Shown here in pieces: positions 52,701 to 64,000 of a stretch of DNA of 64,000 nt (positions within the stretch are counted from its first letter, which is position 1; every line of letters starts with the position of its first letter). The position numbers were made by a program, and so were the translations under genes. Below the pieces are notes generated by a model. It ran no database searches, was not told where the DNA came from, and was given only the letters and a program-made list of their open reading frames with translations. The DNA lies in the NCBI RefSeq assembly GCF_026210795.1, contig NC_089432.1:1736001-1800000 (forward strand). Reading direction: 5' to 3'. The stretch comes from Rhizophagus irregularis (lineage: Eukaryota).

Positions 52701-53542
52701 GAGTAATTTTCAACTGTATTTTTTGAATAAAATTATCAACATTTTCATTTTCACTAGTCCAGTTTGTAAAATTATTTTTTAAATAATTAATTTGACATTG
52801 TTTGCACCATTTATACTGCATATCTGCAAACACTTTATAGCAATTTTTACAAATATATGTAGAAAAATATTCATCATTAAAAATTATGACATAATTTTTT
52901 ATATCCGAGTTTTGGGATATTCCATATATCTCAATAATTGGACAAGTTAATTCAAATTGATTTGAACTAAATCTTGAATTTTTACATAATTCAATCTGTT
53001 ATAAACAAAATATTATTATTTACTATTATGTATAAAGAAAAGTATTAAATAAATTTGTAAAAAATGTTATTACCATTACATCTCGTATTTTATATATTTC
53101 ATATTTGCTTAAATTTGTACCACAATTTAATGAGCCATTTCTTCATATTACTGAATGTAATGTAACAAGGTTATTTTCCTCTATTTTTTTAATAAATTGT
53201 TCATATGTGTTCCATTTAAATACCATGTTAATATTTTCAATTTTTTCATTTTCAGTAATCCAATTTGCAGAATTTTCCTTTAAATAATTCATTTGACATG
53301 ATTTACACCACTTATACTGTATATCAGCATATTCTTTACCACAATTTTTGCAATGATAATTACAAAAATATTCTTCATTAAAAATTATGATGTAATCTTT
53401 TATATCTGGACTTTGAGATATTCCATATATTTTTAAATAATTATAATCGAAGCCGCTTATAAAATATTTATTGACCTATTAAAATTAACAAAATAAAAAA
53501 TTATTATATGTAAAGAAAAGCATTAATTTAATTAATAATAAA

Positions 53543-54781
53543 CTAGCTGCTTTGCACCGGGACCAATGAGTTTTTTAAATAGAAAGATTTAGTATTATAA
53601 TGTAATACTAAGTAAGTTAAAGAAGTCTTTTGTTTATAATTAGGAATTTAATATGGCAATAATTAGGTAACAAAAAATATGCATTAAATTATATTTATAA
53701 TATTAGAATGATATAAATAATAAATTATTTTAGAATAATGTATTAATGATTTGATGGTTGAGTGTAGAGTGAAATTCGGATTAATTAGGAATTGTGAAAA
53801 AATAATTATCAATAAAAGTTGATTAATTTTTTCGAAGTATTTTTGAAAAAACTTTAATATTATGAACAAATATTTTTATTAATTAATTATTTATTTCTTA
53901 TTATTTTATATTACGTCAATTTTAAACTTATAATCAACTTAGGAAAAATATTTGAACAATTAAATATTAGAAATCTGTTCATTTCATTTATTATTATTCT
54001 TTTGATACTCATCTTATTCGTTAAATTATCAAACCATTTGAATTAAAATTTTATTCAAAAATCTGGTGATTATTTAGAGAATTTCGGGATATGGATTTGG
54101 GTATAATAGTCATTATTAAATCAACAATTCTTTAATTAATAAATTAAGAAATATTGTAAAAATATCAATTTTTTTTGATTTTTATGAATTTGAAAATCAA
54201 ACTATTTATCCAGCGCTCAATTTAATTGAAAATCTTAATCATCTTTCTGTATGTTATTATAATAAAAAAAATTGAAAGAAAAAAAAATTAAAAATAAATT
54301 TGAGGGAAAGAAAAAGGATAAAGAAAGAAATCGGTTCAAAAAAAGGGAAATTTCCAAAAAAAAAGGAATCTGAAAAAAAATAAGTACCGAAAAAAATTCT
54401 GAAAAAAAAGGACAATAATTCGAAAAAAAAATATTTTTCAGTTTGGGAAAAAAAATTAAACCTAAACGGGATAATAATGAAAAAAACCAAAATTTTCTGT
54501 TTGAAAAAAAAAACTAAACCGAAAGAAGAAAGGGAGAAAAATTTTTTTTCAGTTTGAAAAAAAAACGAAAAATTTATCAAAAAAAAAAAATTTCCGATCA
54601 AGGTAAAATTTCATTAACTGAAATTGTATTAGTTGATTGGAATGTACACGGATAAATAGATCAGGTGGAGGCATGTCACGGGTTTTAATTATATGGCATA
54701 GGATTTCAAGTTACACAATTCAGAGACTAATCCAAATGTCAGACAAATTTTTTTAGTTATATAGTTTTTTAGATATATAGA
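53543..54781 (-). mobile_element. Non-autonomous Helitron-like element in a kinase intron
   Basis: The minus strand begins A|TCTATATATCT (54781) and ends cccggtgcaaagcagCTAG|T (53543). This gives TC...CTAG ends at an AT target with no TSD. The subterminal hairpin is only partial. Confidence 0.65.
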
Positions 54782-55609
54782 TTTATCAAAAAATTTATTA
54801 TAGATTTAATTACAAAATATCTATATTATTAAAAACAATCTCACTAAAAAAAATTCGTTAATATCAAAAAAAAATTTCACAAATTTATTAGTCGGGAATA
54901 ATATTGAAAAAAAAAATCTCATAAACTAACACTAAATCGAAAAAAAAATCTCTAAACAACTATAGTCTTGACCCAAACCAAAAAAAAGAATAAACTATAT
55001 TTTTTGGGTTAAAAAAAATCCAAAATTTTGATAAATTCCAATTAAAAAAAAATCCCCTAAAAAAAATCTAATAATAAAAATAAAAAAATTAATAAAGACT
55101 AAAAAAGTAGTTTCGGTTTTTGGTAAAAACTGAAAAAATTATTATTATAGAAATTAACTAAGAGAGCGGAAATGACCGCAAATAAATGGGAAATTATACT
55201 CTTTTTTGTTAATATTAATCCATCAGAATAAAAAAAAAATCCAGTTAAATTTTAATTAACTGTAAATGTATTAGTTTAAAGATTTATTATCGTAATCAGT
55301 TAATTATGATATGATAAATACGAAATAGACACTTTTCAATGTTACACAATTCAAATTATTTATACAGGGTAATCTAAATATGACAAAATTTTTTAATTAG
55401 ATAGATTGATACCTCATTAATCACATTTCGTATGTAAAATAAATATTTTAAAATGATTGCTCTACTTGGATAACTTTCATATTTGTTTGTATTTATATCA
55501 TAATTTAATGAACTATCCTTCCATATTGCTGAATATAAATTTTTTCCTATTTTTTTAATATTGTCAAAATGATTGTATTGTAATGAAATTGGAACTAGTA
55601 TTGATAGTT

Positions 55610-55880
55610 TGAATTGTATCGAAAGCAGCAATTCTAGGAAGTATACCTGGAATAGGTAATTTAGCATATTGTTATCAATATGATGGAATTGGTAGTGAAC
55701 ATAAAGTATATCAAAAGGCTGCAAATTTAGGATATAGCTCAATGCCGTCTTGCTTACATGTTTGAAATTGGAGACGGAATAGATAAAGATATGGACTAAG
55801 CATATCATTGGTATAAAAAATCTGCTGAACAAGGAAATAGAGATGCCCAAAATGAATTAAGATTAGGAAGAAACATAGTT
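55610..55880 (+). pseudogene. Sel1-like repeat gene fragment
   Basis: Fragments KAAILG...NLAYCYQY.GIG, KAANLG and AYHWYKKSAEQGNRDAQ, with frameshifts and a stop. Confidence 0.75.
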
Positions 55881-58319
55881 CATGTAAAATAAGAATTTTT
55901 TTTAATTTTTAGTTTTTCGCTTATTAATATAAAAGTTAGGCTTAGGTTTATCCCCTTAATTATAAATCAAATATAATGTTAATTCATCATAAAAATATTT
56001 ATTGTGAGTCGTTAAACACAATACCGTGCCCGCACAGGATACTTAGACTGAGATTTATTGTTCTTTAATTTGCCCTAAAAAAAATTACTTTAATAAAATT
56101 GAATTTAACAAAATTGACTTGTTGCATTATTAGAGAAATTTCTGTAAAAGATTGTAATGGGATTAAAGTATATTTTTTTGCTTGTTATTTTTTTCAATGA
56201 AGTTGTCTTAATAATAAATAAAAATGTTAAATTTAAGTGTTTATTTTACACTTAGTATCTAATGTTTGATATTCAGCTGTTTGGTAATACAACCGACTCG
56301 TATAGTTACATATTTTATATTTTACATGCCAACAAAATGTTTCATTCTATCTCTTAGTTTTTACGTAATTACTCAATTACAAAATATATTATTGTACTTT
56401 AATTATTGGATGTATCAATTATTTCTACGAGGTTAAAATTATATTATTATACAAGATTACGCCGATATTTAACGAACACTTCAGTTAACATAATGATAGT
56501 CATATTTGTATAGATTAAATTTAAGAATTTAACCCGTTATTTAAATTTCTGCCTTGCTTCTTTTGATTTAGAATATATAAACGTTCTTTAAATAATAACT
56601 GATATAACTAATTACTAGAACATAATAAATGTACTAAAGTAATAAAATTTTAATTTATATAAATATTTGATATCAATCCTTGTGGAATGTGGACCAATGG
56701 TTTTATATCGACCATAACTAGCCTAATAGTCTACTTTTAATAGAGAATAACGAATAATTTAGAGGGCGAAATGCATACCAAGTGTACTGTACGTGGATTA
56801 ATACAATTAACAAATATATCATAGACAAATTACTGCGTCGTAAGTTGTAACATTATATCTTTAAAAGTCTTTAAATTGTAGCAATAGCAAATGATGAATT
56901 AATCATATACACTAATTATGATAAAATTTGATTATCGAAAATACTCAAAGCAAGTTACAAAATAAAACAAAGTAAAAATAATTATACTTTTTACTAGTAT
57001 ATATAAAATGAAGTATTTAACAATCAAAATATCAAATCAAGTATCAGGTTACGAAAATTCTATTGAAAGAAGGGATAATAAAATTGTGCTATATATTATT
57101 TATTGAATACAAAGAAAACAAGTTAAATTTGTTTAAACCTCTCTTCACTTTAATGCATTAAATATATAATTATTTTAATATCTTACGAATCAAGTATAAT
57201 CGATCTTTGATTCAAGTTGATAATTAAATCGAATAAATTTGTTTAAAAATATATGAATAACATACAATATATCAACAAACAGATAAAGCACCTAAAATAC
57301 ACCAAAGCTCTTACGGAACCAGAAGTGAATGATTACAAATATTTGGTTCCGTACTTCGCATCTCGATCTAATCACATTGATATTACTCCCATTCACGTCG
57401 ATATTATCCTTGCTGTTGAGATCACAGCTAACTCTTCAATTGATCCACCGGTTGGCTAAATGTCCATAACTCAAGTTATTCATACCGTAAAACCTACACT
57501 ACTAGTTAAGGGTAATTTGACTCACTATGATTAATAACAAATTTACAATAAAAAAAATAAAAAAAAATAAAATCAGAGATTAAATCTTTGACGGTTCTGC
57601 TTCCAGGGAGTCATCGGTATGGTCTGGAGAAGGACTGTACGTTTAGGTTGTTGGGTACTGTCAGAAAAATTCAGGTTAGAATTTTTAGTTTGTTGAGCAT
57701 AAAAAAAAAAAATTGCCATAGAAAAGAAGAGTCTGAAGAGGTCTCTGTTCCTTCTCGCCTCTTACTTTTTCTTCCCACCCTTGTTGTCTCTCTCTCACAT
57801 ACTTCCTTTCCTCCATTTCTCTCTTATCCTTTCCACTTATATACTCTTTTGATTGGTAAAAGAGAATCAGAATAGAGACTGGAATGAAATTTTTTTAATA
57901 AGACACTAGAAAAATAATGTATCTTCCAGTTCGATTTTTTTTGAACAGTTTGTCTTTCAATTTTGTCCAGCGAGACTCTGACTTTTTCAATACTGCCTCC
58001 CTATAAAAAAAGTCAATCCATTTTTTTTATTCCATCTTTTTTCCGTAAAAGGCTCATATTTCCAGAATTAATAACTTTATATCACAGAATTTATCAAATT
58101 ATTTGTTTTCCGTGAATGGATCCGTGAAAGACTCATTTTCACAGAATTTTTACAGAAATAACGGATAAAATTTTTTATAGGGCCTCTATGCTTTCAAATA
58201 TTTTTGATGAAATAAGCTTTGTTAGAAAGTTTTTTGACATCATTCCAAAGAACTATAAAAATATGAAGATACCTCACCTACATCTTGTTGAATAATATTT
58301 CCCCAAAATCTAATTTGTA

Positions 58320-60280
58320 ATTTTCGTCTGAAACTCCCTATAAAAGAAGAAAAAAAGAAGATAAACTAATTAATAAGAAAATCACCTCCAAGAATTGAAC
58401 TTGGACACAGAAATTGTGGAACCAACGGTGATGGATTTTTGTTGAGTTGATAAGTTATTAAGGAAAGAACTCAACAAAGGAATGAAATAAAGGTTATCAC
58501 ATGTGAAGAAGGAAATCACATGAGATAGATCAAATGATCAAGAAAGGTAAATTTTACAAGACAAAGGATCTCTCTGACACCAATTAGCACAGTGCAATGC
58601 TTCATGGGCGATGCAAACGATCCCCTTATAAAATTTATCTATCTATGAATGGTCAAATGATCAAGAAAGGGTAAATTTTTACAAGACAAAGGATCTCTCT
58701 GACACCAATCAGCACAGTGCAATGCTTCATGGGCGATGCAAACGATCCCCTTGTAAAAATTATCTATCTAAGAATGGTCAAGTAATCCCAAGTTGACCAA
58801 AGGGGAAAGATTACGTCTCCATGCTATATTTGGTAAGCAATGGGCCAAGCTACGTAATATAAGATTATTTAATTAAATTATTGAGAAATTAAAAGGATAA
58901 TAATATTTACTAAATAGATTACTCTATAAAGTAAAGAATAAGAAAAGATGAGAATATGAATTATACAGTTAAGTAAATAAAGAAAAGGAAAAAGAATTGA
59001 TAATAATATATACAATAAATAAAGAAGATTTGATAATAATATAGATAATAATAAATGTTCAAAAGAATGAAATATATTAGAGAAATGAAGAGTAGGGAGA
59101 TTGGAAAGAGATAAGATTATAGTGCACATGAATTTCAATAAGTGAAAAATTAAGACAATTGTATTATTGAGAATGTTGGTATATATGAGGAGAATTATAA
59201 AAAGAATGTAAAAAAATCCGGTAAATAATGGTAAATAATGTTGAGAAGTTTCAATGATAGGTTGAGGGTGATTGTAACATTTATTGATAGGAAATTCATT
59301 TAAAATAGTATTAACAATATTTGGACACAAATGATAAGACATTTTGTAATTGCAAGTTAAAAGTTTGAATTGAAATTTGGAAAAATTTTGGTTTGACGTT
59401 TGAAAAATAATAATATTAAATTTGGTTTTTGATTTTTTTCTTGAGGAAATTAAGGGTATTTATATATTTTTTAAAACCATAGATACATAGTGGCTAATAA
59501 TAAAATAGATAAAAAAAATCAAGATTATCTATATTATCTATGAGTCACAATTAATTTATAAGTTATTTAACCTAAACTAGTAATATTAATTGATTCAATG
59601 ATGACTAATATGTATAATTGTGGCTTATAGTACATAGTTAATTTGATTTACTCCCTATAAACCATATAATTAAAGATTATATGATATTGTGTAATATTCC
59701 CATATTATTAAAGCTTTTATTATTGTTAATTAAAATAAATTTATTAAATTTTATTCAAGATAAATTTATTTTTGATATATAGTTTAGCAATGGTTTTAGT
59801 ATAAAATTTTTATCGTATGTATACATTACCGAAAAAATAAGTTCAGCTCTTGAGTTTACTAGTGTACTTAGCTTAAACACGCGTGATATACATGACAAAA
59901 ATGAAATTTCGATAGTTACACAAGATCCTAGAATTTAATATTCCCTAATTTGGATTTGAAGTGTGTACTATGCTTATGTTTCGGACAATAAAAAAAGTAT
60001 ACTGAAATCTATCTATAAAGTTATATGGAAAATTTGCAGGTGTAAGTATACTGATTATAATATACTGTGCATTATTACTCATATAAAGTCAACGATATTA
60101 CAGTATCTAATCTCTAATCTCATACTTAACATGTGAAGTATCAAATTTTTGGAGAAACGCGTAATATAACTCCACTTTATTACTTTTAAATAGGTAAAGA
60201 TCAATTTTTATTGTATATAAGATATATAAGATGTGAAATTACTTTGATATTTTGTTATTAGATGACGTAAAGAGACATGA
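58320..60280 (-). repeat. Copy B of the ~2-kb duplicated unit (uninterrupted), with the tandem hairpin units at ~58530-58781
   Basis: Reverse-complement match to 36800-37254 plus 39478-41220. Confidence 0.9.
58878..59342 (-). CDS. Hypothetical hydrophobic protein, 154 aa, paralog of 40194-40655
   Basis: The N-terminal ~75 aa are nearly identical to the other copy, and the frame is maintained through the more divergent 3' half. Confidence 0.5.
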   Translation of the reverse strand: MSYHLCPNIVNTILNEFPINKCYNHPQPIIETSQHYLPLFTGFFYILFIILLIYTNILNNTIVLIFHLLKFMCTIILSLSNLPTLHFSNIFHSFEHLLLSILLSNLLYLLYILLSILFPFLYLLNCIIHILIFSYSLLYRVIYLVNIIILLISQ

Positions 60281-62316
60281 GGTATAATGTAACGATACAA
60301 AGTTTCTTAGAATATTATTCGTTTTTGTGGTATTACAACTTCTGATCAAGGTATAACTTACATTTTAATATCATGTCATTTGTTTTGTTAAATGAAAATA
60401 TGAAGTTTAAATAAATATTATTTTTTCTTTCTATAAGAAATTTTTCAAAACGGTAATTCAAAAAATTATTTATTAGTGTATAATATTTTGTATCTGGATT
60501 TTGAGATATACCATATATTTTATTGTCACCATAAAAGTATTCATTGGCCTATTAAAATACAAAAAAATAAATATATTATTGCACATTAAAACATTAGATT
60601 TTTGGAAAATATTTATACCTCATTTAGAAATTCATCTAGAAATTTTAGAAATTCATTTGCATCTTGAATATTATTAAAACATTTTAAAATAATTGCTTTA
60701 TTAGGATTCCTTTTACATTTCTTTGTATTTTCATTATATTCTAATGGGCCATTTTTCCATTTTGCTGAATATAAAAAGCTTATTTTTTCCTACTTCTTCA
60801 ATTTCTTTAATATCAATAAACTGGTTGTATGGTATCCATTCGAGTACTGTATCAGTTGGTTTTATAATACTTGATTGCTTCTGTCGAATAAAACTATCAA
60901 TTTCTTCATTTCCACTAGTCCAGTTTATAAGATTGTTTCTTAAACTAATAATTTGATTTATTTGACATAGTTTGCACCATTTACTAAATCGATCACGTAT
61001 ATTTATCTTTGTTTTACCACAACTTTCACAAAGTTTGCCAAAATAATTAATTTTATCAGTAAAACTCATTATGAATAATTTAATAGATATCGGAAACTTA
61101 TTTATTTAAGTCACAAATAAAAAAAAAGAACTTGCAATGCCCAAATATATTATGTTACATCCGACGTAATGGAAAATGCTTGACGATCGTTCAATCTTAT
61201 ATTGTAAATTGGCTAAATTTATTTTGAAACTTGTTTTATCAAACGAAAAATTGTATAACATTACATTAATTAATGCATCATGGCGGATTTATGGAATACC
61301 CCAAAATTTTATTAAAAAGTTTTGTAATTAATTAATTAAGTTAAGTATTTTTAATAACAGTTCAAAAGTATAGAATATTGTCATAAACTTGTGAGTAATT
61401 GTAACAAATACATTTTTTCTATTGTATAGATTTCACAATATAATATTAGCTCTTTGGTCAAACTAAGCGGATGAGAAATATCTAAGGAAGGTTGTTCATA
61501 AGATATGGAAATACTTGCATATTAATTTATGTAAGCCTAGCTTGAAATTATAATAATATAAAGATGTGCTTTTACCTTTTTTTACTTTTAAGATATAACT
61601 TGAATGTTTCAGTTATGGAGAATTGATGAAATCAAAAAAAAAAAAAAAAAAAAAAATAGTCAAGAAAATCCAATGATTCAGAATAATAAAACTATGCTAA
61701 AAAAAATGATTTTAAAAGTTAAAAGTTTGACGATGAAAAAATATACAGATTCACTGTTAATAAAACTGTGGCGTATTCAGGGGCTTATTAAACTAATCAT
61801 TCTATAATGATAAAATTAAAAAAAATTTTTTATGATGCTGGTTATATCATTAGTATATACAAATGTACGTCATATTTTAATCTAAAAGCACATGAAATGT
61901 ATAGTTTTTCACTTTAAAGGTAGTCATAAAAATTTTAGTTGCACATGAAAAAAAGCCTAAAGATAAATGTTACACGAAATGTGTGGGCTGATGATAATTA
62001 TTTTTGAACCAATCATATTTAAAAGAAGAAGGTCTAGGTCTTGGTAAACAATCATTTACAATATCATAATTCGGTAATTTTGAATTTGATTCCGTAATAT
62101 TTATATGTCCGTTTTTTTTTGTTACATACTGTATGCTGATATTTGTAATTATGAAAAGGCTTTTCTCTACGGGAATGTATTTTGCTCAAGCCGAGAATTG
62201 AATCAGGCTTGGCTCATTTTAAGCCTCGATATGAGCCTCAATAATTTGGTATTTATATGATTAAATATTCCATAACTTAATATAACCTAAATTTTCTTCT
62301 CAATATTACTCATAAA

Positions 62317-64000
62317 ATGACAAGCAATCTAGAATGTGGAATATGTGCATATGATGATAATATTACTTATGTAGCTATTAGCCCAGATGGTTCTATAGCA
62401 GCAACGTTTAATCCATGTAAGTTATAACACTATACGCCCTGTTCCGATAAAAAAAAAGATGCTAAATTCTTATTACATGCTATTTTCAGATGACTCTTCT
62501 ATATCAATTAAAAATGTGGAAACAAATAAAGAAGCGTTAATTTCTTTCGATAGAAATAATTTCCTTGATAAGGAATCCTCCAATAATAATGTATGGTTTT
62601 TAAATACTTTTAATAACTACTATATTCGTCTTAAAAACAAGAAACAACCTGAGAATATTATTGGTTGGTCTCTAGCAGTGTCAGATATCATTAATATCAC
62701 AAATGGTACCTGCTTGGTTGCAATTTCTTGTATAACTGACAAGGATACAAATCCAAAAGAAATTACAGAAATTGAAAAAGATAGTTCTCGAAGAGTATAT
62801 CTTAGAATTTATCTCATTCTGAAAACACGTGGAGATTCTCGAATCCTTTTAATCATATTACTGCTTGCACTTTATTGTTTATTCATTCAAACTTTTACAT
62901 ATATGTACACTCTTATTTTAAGTATTGCGGTATTTATTAGCATTCTTGTTTTCATCCTTTTCTTGCCTGAGTTATTCTACTCTTCTAAAATTTTAGAAGA
63001 AGATATTGAACAAGATCGATTATCTCGGGCTTCTAGTGAGGGAGTAATAAAGATTTTTAAGACTTCATTCAAAAATAATAATGATGATGGAAATACTTCA
63101 ATTAATAATTGTGGTGGAGTTGTTACCTTTTTAAAAAGATCTGATACCAGTGTAATACTTGTTTGTACTAATAGTATTAAGATAAAGAAGTTTAGGATAA
63201 AATTAAACAAAAATATTTCCATCTCTAAAGGTGATACTTATTTATTACCTGAAAATTTATTTAAAATATTTTATAACACTAAGAATGCTAAAGATAAAAT
63301 TAAGAATGCTAAAATCAATTGGAAATATCTCTCGAAATCCATGTATCAAGAATTTTTGATGATTAACACAATCGATCATCAAAAAATGAATATTGAAATA
63401 TATAATGTTAGTACTTTGCAGTTAGTAAATGTTTTTTACAAAGATGATTTCTTAATTTCAAATGTTAACGAACCTGGAATTTTTGCCGTATCAATAAATT
63501 CAAGATTATTTGCTTTTTCTTATGGAGATAATGCCATTACAATTTACTTAATGGAAAGTGGCCTTGAAATTGTTTCAAAAAGATTTAATGATATTCGTGA
63601 AATTAAATTTCTAAAATTTATTGAAGAAGAAAAAAAATTGTTAATTATTGAAAAATACGAGAAAGACAATGTGAAATTTACGAAATTTCATATTTGGATT
63701 ATATCAGGATGTTTAAATGATTATTTTTCTATTTCCAATGATACTTTAAAATACGAAGAATATTATCATATTACAACAAAAGCAGATGGAAAAATAGTTT
63801 TTCATAATCATAATAATCAAGTTGAAATAACTACTATAAAAAGCGAAAAAAATGACATGTCGACTGATGAACATGATGGACATAGTTATAATTCACATGA
63901 TCTAGAACCATGGAATAATAGTATAGAAACTATTCGTGGTGGATTTCTTAATAATGACAGAAGATTTCCCGTTATAACTGGTCAAAATAGTATTCAAGTA
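62317..64000 (+). CDS. WD40-like/TRP-type channel paralog 4, 5' part only (exon 62317-62416, exon 62490 to window end)
   Basis: MTSNLECG...ITYVAISPDGSIAATFNP spliced in frame to ...IIGWSLAVSDII, then a TM hairpin, YLLPENLF, NSRLFAFSYGDN and HDLEPW. It is absent from the ORF track, consistent with no stop before the window ends. Confidence 0.85.

Larger units (their letters stand above)
50507..61069 (-). pseudogene. Tyrosine-kinase-like kinase gene with tandem zinc-finger/N-lobe repeat exons, 5' part disrupted. Exon blocks approx. 61069-60618, 60549-60455, 55600-55410, 53474-53073, 52994-52497, 52424-51946, 51878-51425, 51343-50507
   Basis: The kinase C-lobe has HRDFHTGNIL, DMG, YVAPE and ADIYSF. 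The Gly-loop IDKGGFS and VALK lie in the preceding exon. Repeat exons carry YGISQ, CxxC...WCKxC, WTSGN and EWIPY. There is an in-frame TGA at 53143-53145 and a frameshift near 60760. Joining all blocks into one gene is an inference. Confidence 0.7.

Noticed and set aside
55374..55850. 158-aa minus-strand ORF as a real gene
   Set aside because: A chance fusion of antisense Sel1 sequence with a kinase repeat exon fragment.
36800..60280. The two inverted 2-kb units as terminal inverted repeats of one 23.5-kb giant transposon
   Set aside because: No TSD at the outer ends, no mobilisation genes inside other than an independent Tc1, and kinase repeat exons lie on both sides of copy B.

Overview
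This is a very AT-rich eukaryotic window with short GT-AG introns. Its gene families (WD40-like/TRP-type channels, intronless F-box/LRR genes, tyrosine-kinase-like kinases, Sel1 repeats) and transposon content suggest an arbuscular mycorrhizal fungus (Glomeromycotina, Rhizophagus-like); this is an inference, not a database result. The main structure is a cluster of paralogous 8-exon genes encoding an N-terminal beta-propeller-like region plus a TRP-like 6-TM channel: 2235-6396 (probably broken), 15275-20484, 24875-29249, a 3' remnant at ~47690-47880, and a fourth gene from 62317 running off the window. All four channel 3' ends seen are followed tail-to-tail by an F-box/LRR gene or remnant on the minus strand, a recurrent two-gene module. 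The channel paralogs are mosaics with a variable membrane hairpin, and one carries a ~255-aa Leu/Asn pentapeptide-like expansion. The right half holds a Sel1 pseudogene and an ORF1-only non-LTR retroelement with TSD, whose empty site is visible in a paralogous repeat. It also holds a DD34E Tc1 transposon, a Helitron-like element, several MITEs, a kinase pseudogene, and a disrupted kinase gene made of tandem zinc-finger/N-lobe exons. A twice-present ~2 kb unit encodes a 153-aa hydrophobic ORF followed by a duplicated AUUGCAC-loop hairpin. Exon coordinates were read by eye and are approximate.
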